64,000 nucleotides of DNA from Hormiphora californensis (Eukaryota > Animalia > Ctenophora). The stretch spans positions 3,534,001-3,598,000 of the forward strand of contig CM035361.1 of assembly GCA_020137815.1 (NCBI GenBank), written 5' to 3'. How positions within the stretch are numbered: the stretch's first letter is position 1; every line of letters begins with the position of its first letter. The translations under genes and the position numbers were made by a program. The notes beneath the pieces are model-generated. The model ran no database searches and had not been told where the DNA came from. It saw nothing but the letters and a program-made list of their open reading frames with translations. Positions 39,101-53,700 of this stretch are shown one piece after another.

Positions 39101-42100
39101 ACCTGTATATAAGAGTTTTAATTAAACTGTTTATTTATCATTTTGAAAAGTTTGGTTTGCAGTTTCCATGGCTACAGAATTTACCCTGATGTGTTATGCA
39201 AGAGCAATGCAATGTAAAGGTATTCCATTTGTATTATGTAATTAATTAATGCATTTAATCACGCCACTAATTAATTATATAATTATGATGTTACCTTTCT
39301 TAGGAACAAAAGGAAAACTCCCCAACTTGCCAGTACACAAAAAACACCAAGCTGCCACGCTAATACGGATATAACCTGAAAAGAGACTAATTAATTAATT
39401 AATGTTATCCTACAAAGATTTAATTCAGTTAATTAATCAATTAAATAATCATTATTGAATTAATTTATAATTACCTGGAAAGAGTTTATTAAATATCAGC
39501 GAACTCAAAGAGTCAGCTTCACTTAATTATTATCAGCAACTACTAACTATAATTAGCAACTAATTAGGAACTAATTAAATAGTAATTATAATTACCTCGG
39601 TAGGCTGGAAGACATTAGAGGTGAAATAGATTGACACAACAAATAGAGTTAATTCAGCCAGGTTTTGTAACCCCAAATAACCTGTCCGTTGGAAGTAGAT
39701 CTGTAGAACTTCAATAATCTGAGAGGGAGTTAGCTGTTAAAATATCTTTTATAATTAATTAGAATTTACAAATTTACAAATTTACAAATTTACAAATTTA
39801 CAAATTTACAAATTTACAAATTTACAAATTTACAAATTTACAAATTTACAAATTTACAAATTTACAAATTTACAAATTTACAAATTTACAAATTTACTAG
39901 TTTACTAATTTACTAATTTACTAATTTACTAATTTACTAATTTAACTAGTTTTACTATGTAATTGCAACTAATTATTATCTCACCAGTCGGAATATACTG
40001 AAGGCGATGACTCCAATTCCTGATATTAACACAAGAGGAGGTTTCTCGTTATAGCAATCTGAATTTGTTTGGTTGATACAGTTAGCTTTGTGTTCAACCA
40101 CCTTTTGATCGTACGGCGGGATCTGAGAAGTTAAAAGATCAATTTGTTAGTTAATTAGTTGATAACAACGAAATAATACAGCTGTATTTAGGACGCAACA
40201 CACGTTTCATGGAATCCCTGACGGGAAACCAATCATCAGGCGATTAGTTGATTATACTGATTCATAGTAATTTCACGGGGCTGGGAGGGGGAATTTTGAA
40301 ATACTCTCCTTGCCTGAGGTCTCTCTCTTTCTCTCTCTATAGTCTCTCTTTCTCTCTCTATAGTAAAAGTAGCGATCTCACTTTCTCTCCTTCCTCTCAT
40401 ATACCTGGAATACAACGTAGACGCACAAGCAGATAAGAAAGAGACAATAAAAGAGGAGGTTTGAGTAGTAGAAATGTCGGCCGTAGGAGGTCCACCGCCA
40501 GTGAACCAGGGATTGTACTACTGGATGAGATAGTAACTCTTTCCTTTTGTACCTTATCTGGAACAAATTGACATACTGTCAGTTTTATGAAGTTTCCTCC
40601 CTGTCGACCAAAGCAAAATAATTGTTTAGTGTTGCAACAATGAACAACCAATATGGCCTAAGAAAAAAAACAAACAAACAATCAAACAAACAAACAAACC
40701 ATAAGGGAGATTGGGTGAACAGAAGCATAATCATCCTGATATGTAACAACTCGAACACCAGAACCACTCTCAGTATCTGATAAGTCTTCTGAATGGATGC
40801 TCCTAGAAATTAAATCATAATTAACTTATTTATAAAATATTAGTTAATTAATTGAATAGTTAATTACCTATTGTCCTCCGCCTCCAGAAAATCTCGAGTT
40901 ATCGCATTAGGTGACATATTTGTAGTTAAAATCAACCTAGAGGATATATAATTAATTTAAACAAACTCAGCCAATTAGCAATTTAGGGCGCGCACAGACT
41001 GTTCATGCGTGATCATGTCCATAAGTGGGCAAGATTTTGATCAAGTCACGCAGACTGTTCAAGCTTGATCATTTGATCAAGCTTGGACATAACAGTAAAA
41101 ACTGAAACTTATTCATATCAAAGCAAAAACCACTGTACCCGACTAATTTTGATACTCTGAATCACGTAAGCTAGTTTTCAAATCCGTCAGAGGTCAGGAA
41201 AGTGTTCTAATTGGACATAATTGGGTCTAATTGACCCCACTTAAAACTTGTCACCTGGAAATAATAGACGCTTATGTGATGGCACTTTTCAGACTAATTT
41301 TGATACGCTGAATCACATAAACAACTTTTCCACGCCCCCAGAGGTCGGGAAAGTGTCCTAATGGAGTATAATTGGATTTAATTGACCTTAATTGCTCAAT
41401 TAGGGCATTACCCGACCTCTGGGGGCTTGGAAAAGTTGCTTATGTGATTCAGCGTATCAAAATTAGTCGGAAAAGTGCCCTCACGTCATTTCCAGGTGAC
41501 AAGTTGTAAATGGGGTCAATTAGACCCAATTATGCCCAATTAGGACACTTTCCCGACCTCTGAAGGATTTGAAAACTAGCTTACGTGATTCAGAGTATCA
41601 AAATTAGTCGGGTACAGTGGTTTTTGCTTTGATATGAATAAGTTTCAGTTTTTACTGTCCAAGCTTGATCAGATGATCAAGCTTGAACAGTCTGCGTGAC
41701 TTGATCAAAATCTTGCCCACTTATGGACATGATCACGCATGAACAGTCTGTGCGCGCCCTTATTGTTTGACACTACCAAATATTTAAATTTAAACCTCGA
41801 ATTTAGGGCTAATCATTACCAAATACATACAATTTAAATTCAAACCTCGAATTTAGGGCTGTCATCAGTTCGTTCTGGCGGGTTCCTACTCAGATCAACA
41901 CATCTATTTAGGACAATTAGCGCTACATCGGGCATGAACCGAACCAGCTTCTTCATCGGCGTATCCCCATTCTGTTGGGCGTTAGTCAGGGACTGCATCC
42001 AGACACTAGAACTGTGAAATATTTTATATTTTATAGGTCGGAAAATTATATTTTACCAGATTATGTATTATACTTTACGTAAATCGAAATAAACAGTGAC

Positions 42101-45100
42101 TAGTAACTTGTCCAGCAACTCAAAAAAAAACTAAATTCTAAAGTCCACTCACTTTAGGATTGCCTCTGCGACGTCCCGTTTATTTGCCATTACAGCCAAC
42201 TCTAAAGCATTAAGATCAGTAATGTCTGTAAGGGTGATATCTGCACCTTGGTCCAATAGAAACATGACGGCATCGCAGTGACCTGTGAGGGGGGGGGGGG
42301 TTATGGGTTATGATGTGTTCAGAGGGATTATGTATCAAGGGGATTAAAAATCGCCCAAAGATGAACGCAGCATTTTAGCAGTCCATTAAGCAAACGTCAC
42401 TAATTTTCCCTAGCATATGCGGCCCTAGTCAGACTTGGGCCGCATACTCCCACAACTTTAGAGGGGCCTGCGCGTTCCGCCAAAATTTAAATTACTTGTT
42501 ACCAATAAAAAAATTTTTTAAATTTTCCAAGCGTCATGTTGTACCCTAGAGGGGCTGTAGCTTCGCCAAATTAAAATTTTCCCTTTTTGGCTGCCAGGGG
42601 AAGGTGTTAGTTTCCCCGTCCAATGGGTCCTTCAGCACACCAAAATGCGCCATTTCTTCGTGTTTTCCTTTTTAAAACCCTGAATCGAGAGGAGTCCACC
42701 CACTCTGGTTACGACAAAACCCACCTCTTAGCCCCTCTAGCAAAAGAGAGAGAGAAAGGGGAAAAAGAAAAGGAAAGAGGGGGAGGAGAAAAAGAATATC
42801 AGATATGAAAAGCCCGAAAAGTAATTTTTGATAGCCTAAATCTCTCCCCTATTCCCTTTTTCTCTATTTTTATTGGGTTCCCCTGTTTCTTTCCCCCTTT
42901 TGTATCCTTGTTAAAGGGGTCTCTTCCTACCCTTTTATGTCTCTCCTCCTCTTTTGTTTTTCATTTTTTCTCTTCCCTTTCGCTCTCTTCTTCCTTTTTC
43001 CCTCCTTTTCCTTTTCCCCCTTTTTTTCTCTTTTTTCCCTTTTTCCCACCCCGCTTTCTCCCTTTTCTTGACCCGTTTTTTTTTTTCTTTTCTCTTCTTT
43101 TGGCTTTTTCCCCCTTTTCTCCCCTTTCCCCTCTCCCTTTCTCCCTTTTTCCCTTTGAAAATACAATCCACTTCTCCTCTTAGTAAAAAAACAAACCACT
43201 TTCCTCTCCTTAGTAAAAACAATCCCCCCCTCCGGCCACCCCCCCGGTAATTTGTGTCCTGTTCCATTTGGGGGTTCGTAAAAGTAGTGGAGTTTTCCCA
43301 AACATCCTTATTTTTTCTATAAATGTTTAATTTTGTTTTAATTGTGTTTTTTTTTTGTGTAATTGTTGTGTAATTTTTGGTTTTAAATTAAGGTAATTAG
43401 TGTTTAGGGGTCCTCTAGTGTAAATTTTTTTTAAGTGCCGGGAGGACCCCTCCGACCCGACCCGAACTAATTATAATTACCGTTGATTTGTCAGCCTTTA
43501 CTAATTCCATACAGCACTTTTTCCTCCCAAACTCTGCAGCTAGATGCAACGCATTTTTATCATCCTCGTTCTGTGTAGATATATGTAAGTTAAAATTGTT
43601 GAGTGGCTAATTATTCACCAATCGAGGATGTCATTTGAAAATTACCTAAATCCGCCTAGCCTTTCTAAAACAGCTCTCTCATCGCGATTACAGTCCGTCA
43701 TACACATTTTTATTTGGAATTTTCATTTGGAATTTTCATTTGAAAACCATCCACGCGCATGCACGTGCAAGCTTCAAACACAAGTTAGAAGCACGGGACC
43801 TTCACTATCTTATTTGTTTTGATCCAAGGATCACTTTAGTGAAGGTCCCATGGTTCTAACTTGTGTTTGAAGCTTGCACGTGCATGCGCGTGGATGGTTT
43901 TCAAATGAAAATTCCAAGTGAAAATTCCAAATGAAAATGTGTATGACGCCGCGTTAGAGTTTTTAAATTTTAATAGTGCAGACTATTTCCTCGTACATAT
44001 ACCTGTGCGTTAATTTCAAATCCGAATTTGATTAGTTCCCTCAGGCATCCTAGAGTTCCCAGCTCGGCCGCATGGTGGAGTGGGGTGTTTTGGAATCTAT
44101 CAAGCTCACTATCAATAAGATTCTCTCCACCCGTCTTTAAAATCAGCTGCAGCACACCTAGTAGTGGTAATGGTATAGTGTCTGTTAGTAGGGGCGATAT
44201 ATAGTGTCCGCTCGAGGTACACAATACACATTCGGAGCCTGGCGGATTTTACTCGTAGGCTAGGAGGTACCATAAACAGGTAACTGATATAAATCTTGAA
44301 ATCCCCATCCCTTGAACTATCATGAACTATTGTCCCTGAAAGGGATGGGAAACCAGCTCCTCAATGCAAGGTTGGCACTTTATCGTCCCGATTATACTAA
44401 CCGGGTTTGTTCTCAGTGATAGCAGCAAATACTGCACTGTTCTCTTTTTTGTCTCGAGCCTGTACATCAGCTCCAGCGTCAAGGAGAAGTCGCACCGCGT
44501 CACGGTGACCCCAACCTGTAATTATAGAGGTAATTTATAGAGTTAATCATATGTAATTAGTGGTAATTAGAGTTAATTCGACTATAATTTAAAGGCATCC
44601 AGGAGAGAATCTCATTAGAGGTAATTGTTTGATTAGCTAACTAACTCACCTGCAGCTGTGATAAGAGGTGTTGCCCCTTCCTTGTCGCCCCCTTCAATAT
44701 TAGCACCCCTGGTCGGGAACAATTAGTGTAAAGGATGGACAAAACCCCATTATAAGTTGTTTTGTTCAAACTTTTTTATTTTACGCGGGGCGCACGAATA
44801 ACAGTCTAACTTGGCAAATTATAAGTACATTTACACTTACGTTATTATAAGTTATTAAATTATTTACACTTACTTATCTAGGAGGTAGACTATTATTGCA
44901 GTTTGGTTTTGCTTTGCTGCCTCGTGAAGACCTGTCTCTCCAGCCCTGTTCCTTTCATCGATGGGACACCCCTTCTCCACCAACCGCCTTATAACCTAGT
45001 GGAATAATGACGTCACGAACCTCTAAATGACGTAATAAGAACCTCTAAATGAATCTATCTATATAGTAAAACCAACGATCTCACTTTCTCTCGACCCTTA

Positions 45101-48100
45101 GTAAAATTAATAATCTCACTTTCTCTCTCCTAAGTAAAAGTAACAATCTCACTTTCCCTCTCCTTAGTAAAAGTAACAATCTCACTTTCCCTCTCCTTAG
45201 TAAAAGTAATGATCTCACTTTCCCTCTCCTTAGTAAAAGTAACAATCTCACTTTCCCTCTCCTTAGTAAAAGTAACAATCTCACCTCCAAATGCCCCTTG
45301 TTGGCAGCGATGTGTAGTGCAGTTTCCCTGGATGCTGTTTTCAGCTTTACATCTGCTCCATTTTCCAACAAGAATTCAATGACGTCAACTTTACCATCTT
45401 GAGCGGCAAGATGCAGACACGTCATTCTCTCCTCACCAGCCCTATGTAATGAGGAATAGTTAATTGATTAATTAACTATCTAATTAATTACACAATCAAT
45501 CACCTATTAAGGGTACGCTAACCAAAAATTTTTTTCGAGTGCAGGGAAATCTCTCACCGTAGGGTTGTAGGCCATGCCAAGGAGACCTCAAATATGCAAT
45601 TTGAGCTCTCAAGTCGAATTCATATTTTTGCTACAGCTGCTTGAAAAATGAACTGAAAATAAGTTTTTGGCATCTCAAAAATTTTTTTTCAAAGATAGGA
45701 GCATGAAAATTTGGGGATTTGAAGAGGACATGAAGGTGAATAACCACAAAAATTTTTTTTGCAATCCGAGCTGATTTCCGGTCCTGAGATGGATTTCTTT
45801 TTTTCCACTTTAACGCCCTATTTGGCAAAGTTCCGAAAACATGTGAAAGCTGTAAATTGGTGAAAAGTTGCGTCTAACGATTATCTAAGTGGCCATAAAT
45901 TTTGGGCGTGTCCTTATTTGAGATAAGCTGTACGGAGATTTTTTTGTGAAAGCCGTCATTTCAGAAATAAATAAATTCCCTGTATCTCAAAAACGGCTGA
46001 TCGTAGAGACCTGAGACTATGCTTAAACGATTCAGAAGGTCCGATTTTGGGGGGGTCTTCTGAGAGACATTTTGCTCCTACTTCAACCGTTTTTGCTGTA
46101 ATTGCGAAAAACAAATTCTATGAAAAGGGCAAAAGCTAAACCTCCAATATCCTGTAATTAGGGAATTTTAGCTAAGAAAGGACCGAAACTATGGAAAAAT
46201 GTTTAACACGCTAATTCCTTCACTATTTGGTCCATATGGGTCCCTATAATCATCAAAAACAAAATCACAAAAAATCCACGATGGCGAAGATGGGTTATTG
46301 TTTTTCGCAATTACAGCAAAAACGGTTGAAGTAGGAGCAAAATGTCTCTCAGAAGACCCCCCCAAAATCGGACCTTCTGAATCGTTTAAGCATAGTCTCA
46401 GGTCTCTACGATCAGCCGTTTTTGAGATACAGGGAATTTATCTATTTCTGAAATGACGGCTTTCACAAAAAAATCTCCGTACAGCTTATCTCAAATAAGG
46501 ACACGCCCAAAATTTATGGCCACTTAGATAATCGTTAGACGCAACTTTTCACCAATTTACAGCTTTCACATGTTTTCGGAACTTTGCCAAATAGGGCGTT
46601 AAAGTGGAAAAAAAGAAATCCATCTCAGGACCGGAAATCAGCTCGGATTGCAAAAAAAATTTTTGTGGTTATTCACCTTCATGTCCTCTTCAAATCCCCA
46701 AATTTTCATGCTCCTATCTTTGAAAAAAAAATTTTGAGATGCCAAAAACGTATTTTCAGGACATTTTTTAAACAGCTGTAGCAAAAATATGAATTCGACT
46801 TAAGGGCTAAAATTGCATATTTGAGGTCTCCTTGGTATGGCCTACAACCCTACGGTGAGAGATTTCCCTGCACTCGAAAAAAAATTTTGGTTAGCGTACC
46901 CTTAATTTGAGTCGCCTGACACTGTGTTCGTGCTCCCGAACAAAATGAAATTATGAACAATTCAACACATTAATTAAGTATTTAATTAACAAATCACCTA
47001 TTAAGATGCTCCTTCATTTTTATGTCAGCTTGTCCCATCGCCTTTGTAATCTTCTTATCAAGCATCTCTCTCACCTCCTCCGAGTTCTCAGGGTACTCCT
47101 GGTCCGCCTAGTGGGTGATAATGAGGTGTTAATGGGGTGATAATGGAGTGATAATGAGGTTATAATGAGGTTATAATGAGGTTATAATCAAGTGATAATG
47201 AGGTGATAATGAGGTGATAATGAGGTGATAATGAGGTGATAATGTGGTGATAATGAGGTGATAATGAGGTTATAATGAGGTTATAATGAGGTTATAATCA
47301 GGTGATAATGTGGTGATAATGAGGTGTTAATGGGGTGATAATGAGATGATAATGAGATGATAATGAGGTGATAATGAGTTGATAATGAGGGGATAATTAA
47401 GGTACATAAATCAAATCCGGAATGTGTTTCATAATGAGCTGAGAAATCTTTCCCTTTTTAATTACTTAATAATTATTTATAATTATTTATAATTATTTAT
47501 TCAACAATAAATTATCTTAACATACCACGGATTGAAGGAGTTCCACAAGTTTAGAGACAGGCCGATGGTAACTGGTGAAACTCGCTTCCCCCACTGCCCT
47601 CAACAACGTCTTTATTATTTGCCCATCCTTGCTGCCATCCCCCACCAGTTGGTCCAGAGACTCTTTCATTTCAACTGTCTTAACACGCTCAAACACCAGT
47701 TCAATAACCTAGACAGTACGGACCAATCAGAATTCAACATCTTGTGCACATGATGAAATACCGAATCAACCACTTTAAGTAAAAGGTAAACTAGTGGGAA
47801 ATAATATTTATGTTATCAATTCGAACCCTGTTTTTATACGCTCAAACAATAACCATCTACGGGGAAGATAAAAAACCATCTACCACCTATAAATTTAATT
47901 TAACGGCCCCTCCCACTCACCTCTAATCCTGCCTCTCTGAATGCCAGGTGTAAAGGTGACATCCCCCACTCACCTCTAACCCTGCCTCTCTGAACGCCAG
48001 GTGTAAAGGTGACATCCCACTGTGAGAGTAAACCCTTGGATTACACGGGTGGACGGGGTTGAAAAGAAGCTTCCTAATACACGCTATGTCCTCAAACATT

Positions 48101-50714
48101 ACAGCCATATGTAGTGCTGTCTCGCCCTGATGATCTGAGGGGGTTGTAATGTGAATGAAGGGGTGCAGTTACCATGGTAATCAAGTGGTGAGGGGGTGAT
48201 AATGTGAAGGAAGGGGTGCAGTTACCATGGTAACCCAGTGCTGTCTCGCCCTGGTGATCTGAGGGGGGTTATAATGTGAAGGGGTGCAGTTACCATGGTA
48301 ACCAAGTGGTGAGGGGGTGATAGAGTGAATGAAGGGGTGCAGTTCCCATGGTAACCAAGTGCTGTCTCACCAGCTGGTGATCTGAGGGGGGTTATAATGT
48401 GAAGGGGTGCAGTTACCATGGTAACCAAGTGGTGAGGGGGTGATAGAGTGAATGAAGGGGTGCAGTTCCCATGGTAACCAAGTGCTGTCTCACCAGCTGG
48501 TGGTCTGAGGGGGTGATAATGTAAATGAAGGGGTGCAGTTACCTTGGTAACCATTTATCAGGTTCAGGTCAAGGCTAACATGTACCCCTGAGACCTGAGG
48601 TGACCCCTGAGACCTGAGGTATGGCCCCCGCTACACACCTTTCAAGTCGACCTGAACTGCGTCTATTGCCAGTAACTGAAAGACAGCTGCATAATTTCCT
48701 CTATCTGCTGCAAGGTGTAATGGTGTCATTCCATAGTCATCCTGGGCATTCACATTACATCCTGCCTCAGATAACTTCCTGAAACAATAATAATGTTTTG
48801 TATACCAGTGGTATACCATACTATACCACCCACAGGGCTCCCGTCTCCCCAGTTCCTTTGCAATCTGACCACCCCCGGTTACCGTGGTAACACCCCCGGT
48901 TACCGTGGTAACACCCCCAGTTACCGTGGTAACACCCCCGGTTACCGTGGTAACACCCCCGGTTACCATCGTAATACCCCAGTTACCTTGGTAACACCCC
49001 CGGTTACCGTGGTAACACCCCCACCCCCGACACACACTCACAGTATTGGGGGGCTGCCCAGTTCCTCTGCGATCTGATCCTCTATACTAACAACACTTTT
49101 CTGAGTGTGCGTTCTACGGAGAAAACTTTTAATTCTGGACACCACTTTGTCGTCCTGTAGTTTGGGGACTTCTTCCAGGGATTTATCCTGTAGGTGGTCA
49201 TGCGTTATGGAATTGTGTTTTACGGAAAAATAACTAATGAGGGAAAACAGTCGTGCCTGAACCTCAGGTTCAGGCCACGGCCATTTTCCACGGCTATTTT
49301 CCGTGTATTAAGGAAAAATAGTTTACTATTATAAACACTAATTGGATAATTAATAAGTAGTGAAATTAATTAAGTAATTAATCAAACCTCATCGTCATCG
49401 TCTTCTCGATCAGCTTCTACCAAATGACTCATTCCAGGTCCAAGGGGCACAAACGCCATCTGAAAACAGTAAACATGATTTTTGAGGATGCTCTACAGGG
49501 AATAATAAATATAGGGGTCCGGTAAATTCTAAAAAAAAGAAAGGTTTATCAAGGTTTGACTGTACTGTATGGCGCTGTACTATCTAAGTTATCTAATATG
49601 ATATTATAGTTACCTCTGTGGGATTCAGTGCAGTTCCTTTTGGTGCGTATCTGGTGGCATGATGGAGGGGGGTTTGTCCATCACTATCTTTCACATCAAT
49701 GTCAGCACCCCGGTCCAATAACAACTCAATTATATCACAGTTGTTGTACCTTGGGGAGGATGTGGAATTTTCAATACAAATTGGTTCGACTACTTATATG
49801 GTTTAAAGAATGGGTATAAAGAATTAATTTGCAGGTTGGGGAACTTTAAGTCACTTGTGCTACATTCCGTAATCCCAGCGCCTCGGGGACAGCCTTGAAG
49901 AAGAAAAAAAAAGAAGGGCTAAATTAATTGATTAATTAATTAGCTAACTAATTAGAAGTGCTAAATTGATTAATTAGTTTACTAATTATCTCACTATGTA
50001 ATTAGATAATTACCTGGCAGCGTAGTGTAGTGCAGATATCCCATTATTGTCGTGGGAGTCAATTGGATTTTTACATAATCCACTCCGAAACTTTTCTATT
50101 CTCCTTTTAAACACTCGGCTGTCCAGGTACTTTCGGACTACACGGAAATTTCCCTCTCTCGCTGCCTGTAAAACAATTTGAGGATATGGACTAGTATCCA
50201 GATAAGTTATAAAAATTCTCGAAACTTGAAAATTTCAATAATTAATTTACTAAATAATTATACTAAAACTGTTATTATTTACCTGTTGGAAACTGATAGA
50301 ATTCGAAGATTCATCAAAGTTGTCTAAGGTCAGCGTTTTGCCAAAAACTGAAAAATGAATTCTGTAAGCAAATTATGAATTATCGGTAACCATGGTAACA
50401 GCTGTAAACAAACGAGTGATTTTGAACATGTTTTACTTCAAGGTGGTACGCGACCCTAGTTCCTACACGAGAGAACACGAGATCCAGCACTAAAATTTAA
50501 ATACACTCAACACAAAATACAAAACGAGTTCGTTTCCCATGGTAACTGAAAGTGGTGGTAGCCATGGTAACCAAGAGTCATGGTAACCATGGTAACCATG
50601 GTAGTTTGTGTTCATACCAACGTGTGAAGGTGATCTACCGCGTACTGGGTTAGAAGGGGAACTCAAGAGAGCCCCGAGGGACGGCAAAAGGTTCTGACCG
50701 TCTCCATCAGCCAT
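36192..50714 (-). CDS. TRPA1: TRPA1-like ankyrin-repeat transient receptor potential channel
   Basis: Exons 5'->3': 50618-50714, 50283-50347, 50014-50165, 49614-49749, 49388-49459, 49042-49187, 48639-48778, 47974-48134, 47526-47708, 46998-47107, 45285-45441, 44874-44995, 44650-44708, 44402-44515, 44003-44157, 43481-43570, [garbled ~42570-42740], 42153-42282, 41846-42011, 40868-40936, 40700-40802, 40405-40557, 39985-40122, 39596-39718, 39295-39375, 38916-39041, 38575-38671, 38084-38163, 37708-37794, 37404-37506, 36964-37103, 36192-36317. Ankyrin TPLHLAA repeats, pre-S1 LLSHPV..WRW..YG, GIYIVMF, pore LLRTFIMMTGEFEF, S6 MNLLVGLAVDDI. Confidence 0.95.
40194..40242 (-). ncRNA. Degenerate minimal hammerhead-like motif in a TRPA1 intron (sense to TRPA1)
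   Basis: cgc-CTGATGA-ttgg..tccc(gtca)ggga..ccat-GAAA-cgtgt-GTT-gcg. Confidence 0.4.
40986..41759. mobile_element. Palindromic PIF/Harbinger-like non-autonomous element
   Basis: GGGCGCGCACAGACTGTTC TIR; near-complete foldback; TTA TSD (40983-85, 41760-62). Confidence 0.85.
43696..43948. repeat. ~250-bp palindrome (MITE-like)
   Basis: cgtcatacacatttt...aaaatgtgtatgacg inverted arms. Confidence 0.75.
45511..46901. mobile_element. 1.39-kb foldback Kolobok-like non-autonomous element, copy 1
   Basis: ~600-bp TIRs, ~190-bp spacer, GG..CC termini, TTAA TSD (45507-10, 46902-05). Confidence 0.9.
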
Positions 50715-53700
50715 TCACCAAACACTGGAAAATATTATACACTAGAATCTAGCCAGAAAATCGTCAAGACTCAGTTTCAAAAACCAAACAAACTACAACA
50801 TAAACTTCTCAATAAGCTGTGCAGTACCAATACCGGTCCTAAACTATTCAACCATATTTTAACTTGGAACGGCTAAAATAAAAAAGAACCAAAATAAAAC
50901 TTCAAACAGGACAATTAATTATAGGGATGGAATGGTAGTGTGAGATGGTGTCAAGCTAAAACTATACTAGGCAGTTTTTAGAGGGCAATATATCGCACAT
51001 CTTGGATCGTTTATACACCACATAATCTCAGCAACAATCTCAGCAATGAATCAGGGAAAACTTTGAGTCGCTATTTCCGTGCTCCGCAAGAAAGTATGAA
51101 CAATTCAGGGACAACTGCTGGTGTGGATCGGATTATACTGCGACACAACACTGTGTGTGCTCGACTGAACAAACTTCCTGTAGTGAGTGTATATATTGCA
51201 AACTGTTGAAGGAGTAAAAACACATTGCTGGTGTATCTAGTGTTGACACCAATCTCAGCTACCAGTGCAGCACTCATGTATCCGTAACAATCTCTCTACT
51301 CTCTCTTATAGTTGACAACCAGCAACAATATCCTCTAGTTAACAACATACAATCTCAAACCAGCATCATAGCAAGGTTGTATAAACATTTCAGGGAGTAC
51401 ATAACAGAAGGGATGTATCTACAACAACAATTAAAACACACATAATTAGTAGCTGTTAGTAGGATGAAATACCGCATGGTGACCTCTGTCAGAGCATTGG
51501 CCTGACCCATTCTCGTTTCTGGAGAGAACTGTGGTCAGAGCATTGGCCTGACAGGGTGACCTTGAATTATACACAAATTTGGTCATTATACACAGTCTTT
51601 CTTGCAATAACAATAAACCAAAATGGTCTGAATGAATGACAAAGCTGTTTAAATTGGTATATAATACACGTCATGAACACATTATTCATTGAACAAAAGC
51701 GCAGTTGAAAGAATGCAAGGGAATCATGAGTGTACAGGACCAACACAATGTGATCTATAAATTGATACTTAATTGGTCTACCAAACCTTCACAGAATGCA
51801 GAAATAATTTCAGTGTGAGCCACACAATTATACCTTTTATTGTGGAATCAGAGTAAGCTCGGTTTGGGGTCACACGATAAAAGGAAGGCATGTCACAAAC
51901 AATCTAACAAACAATGTAACAAGTAATGATATTTCCTGATGTCTAAGCTCTGTTTGGAGTTAAAAGGAAGGCTTGGGTATGTCACAAACAATGATATTTG
52001 CTTGGAAGAGAATCTATTAAAGATCTTCCTATCAACCCTATAGAATCTTTAAAAGATCTTCCTAGCAACCCTGTATAATCTTTAAAAGATCTTCCTAGAA
52101 ACTTTGAAATATATATTCAATAGAGTCTTGCTTTGGGAATAATTTGATTTTAGAAGCTAAGGTTAACCCACCTTTCATTCGGAATTTTCTGCTTCCAGAG
52201 TTCGGGGAGTTATTAACAGGATTTGTACGATCATTCAACAACCGGTATGTGAACGTGTGAGCTATACTTTTAGCCGCAGATGACATTTGTGTGTGAATTC
52301 TCTCTTGAGAACAATTTGAGTCAATAGCAAAAAAACTAACAGAGGGGCGCGACGGTGCCCAAGAGAATCATGCACGACTGTTTCCCCCCTACATTAAACT
52401 GTATGGGGTATAGACGGCTGGGTATAGAAGGCTGGCTAGGAAACTATATGGGACATGGGTGTTTCTATACTTCTAGAGGGGGGAGTAAACAAAACAAAGG
52501 GATTTACTGCAGTACACATACACACACAACGTATACACAGTTGGCCCTTTAATGAAATGATGTACCCTTTATTGTGTAGTGTAGAACGTGATGTTTGTGC
52601 ATACAGTATACCCAAATTTACCGGGATGGTCAGGGGAAAGGGTTTTGCCCGGTAAATCGGAGATGTCCGGTACATCAAATAAATGCAATTTATGGGTATT
52701 TGCACATGGGAGATTTTTGGGAGACTATGTTAAAGTGGAACACTCTCGACCCTAAACAAGATTTCTGTCATTCTGTCTCAAACTCGGTACATCGAATGAA
52801 TGCATGATATGGGATATATTCTCACATTGAATTGTTTTTTGGAGACTATGTTGAACACTCTCGACCCTAAACAACATATGATTCTGTCTCATACCCAATG
52901 ACATCATTTGAGTGGAATACCCCTCTGTATCACTATCAGACTCAAAATAACAACTATTTTTCTGTAATACATGCACCTGTCAATGGTATAGGTACCTGTT
53001 AATGGTTGGTAGATGTGATGCAATAACTGCTGATCCACGGTTAACCCTTGTAAAGTATTGTTTGTCCTGGAATGATAACACCCTATGTTACCATGGTTAC
53101 CAACATGGGCGCTGTTACCATGGTTACCAACATGACTGCTTTCTTCAGTAATGTCAACATTAAGGATCTGATGTTCTGTTTCACTCTGTTCCTCAGGTTC
53201 CAGATCAGCCATCAGCAGCGGGGTGAGCGGATAATTAATTTATAGGGATTACAGACGTTGCGGGTACTTGTTCAGTGTGAGGAGAAAGGGCTGGCAGACC
53301 AAATGTTGGGAAACTGTTACTTTAAAAGAACAAACAGTAATTCAAGAGGAAAGTTTAATTTGACAATGGGCGGTAGTTTAATTTGTCTATACATTTATAG
53401 CGACAAAGAAGCAGAGTATAAAACAAACAATAGCTACTTTATAGAATTGGACATGTAGCCGTCCTTTGCTCCTTTATAGAACTGAAAATAGTGTATCTAT
53501 ACACTGTTTTGTTCTATTGTCCATGGACTCTGGAAGGTCTGGAACCATGATGACTCAGAATATACATGTCACATGTGACAGATTATCAGATAATATGCAT
53601 ATTATCTGACAATCTCCGCATCAAGGATGAGAACTATAAAACCTCAAAGAAACAACTCTGCACCAAAACACAAAACAACTAATAACTATTCGATGAGGGA

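Noticed and set aside
42330-43470. Lys/Glu- and Phe/Pro-rich ORFs
   Set aside because: Homopolymer-rich garbled sequence, probably a low-quality consensus hiding a TRPA1 ankyrin exon; same issue at 17612-18190.
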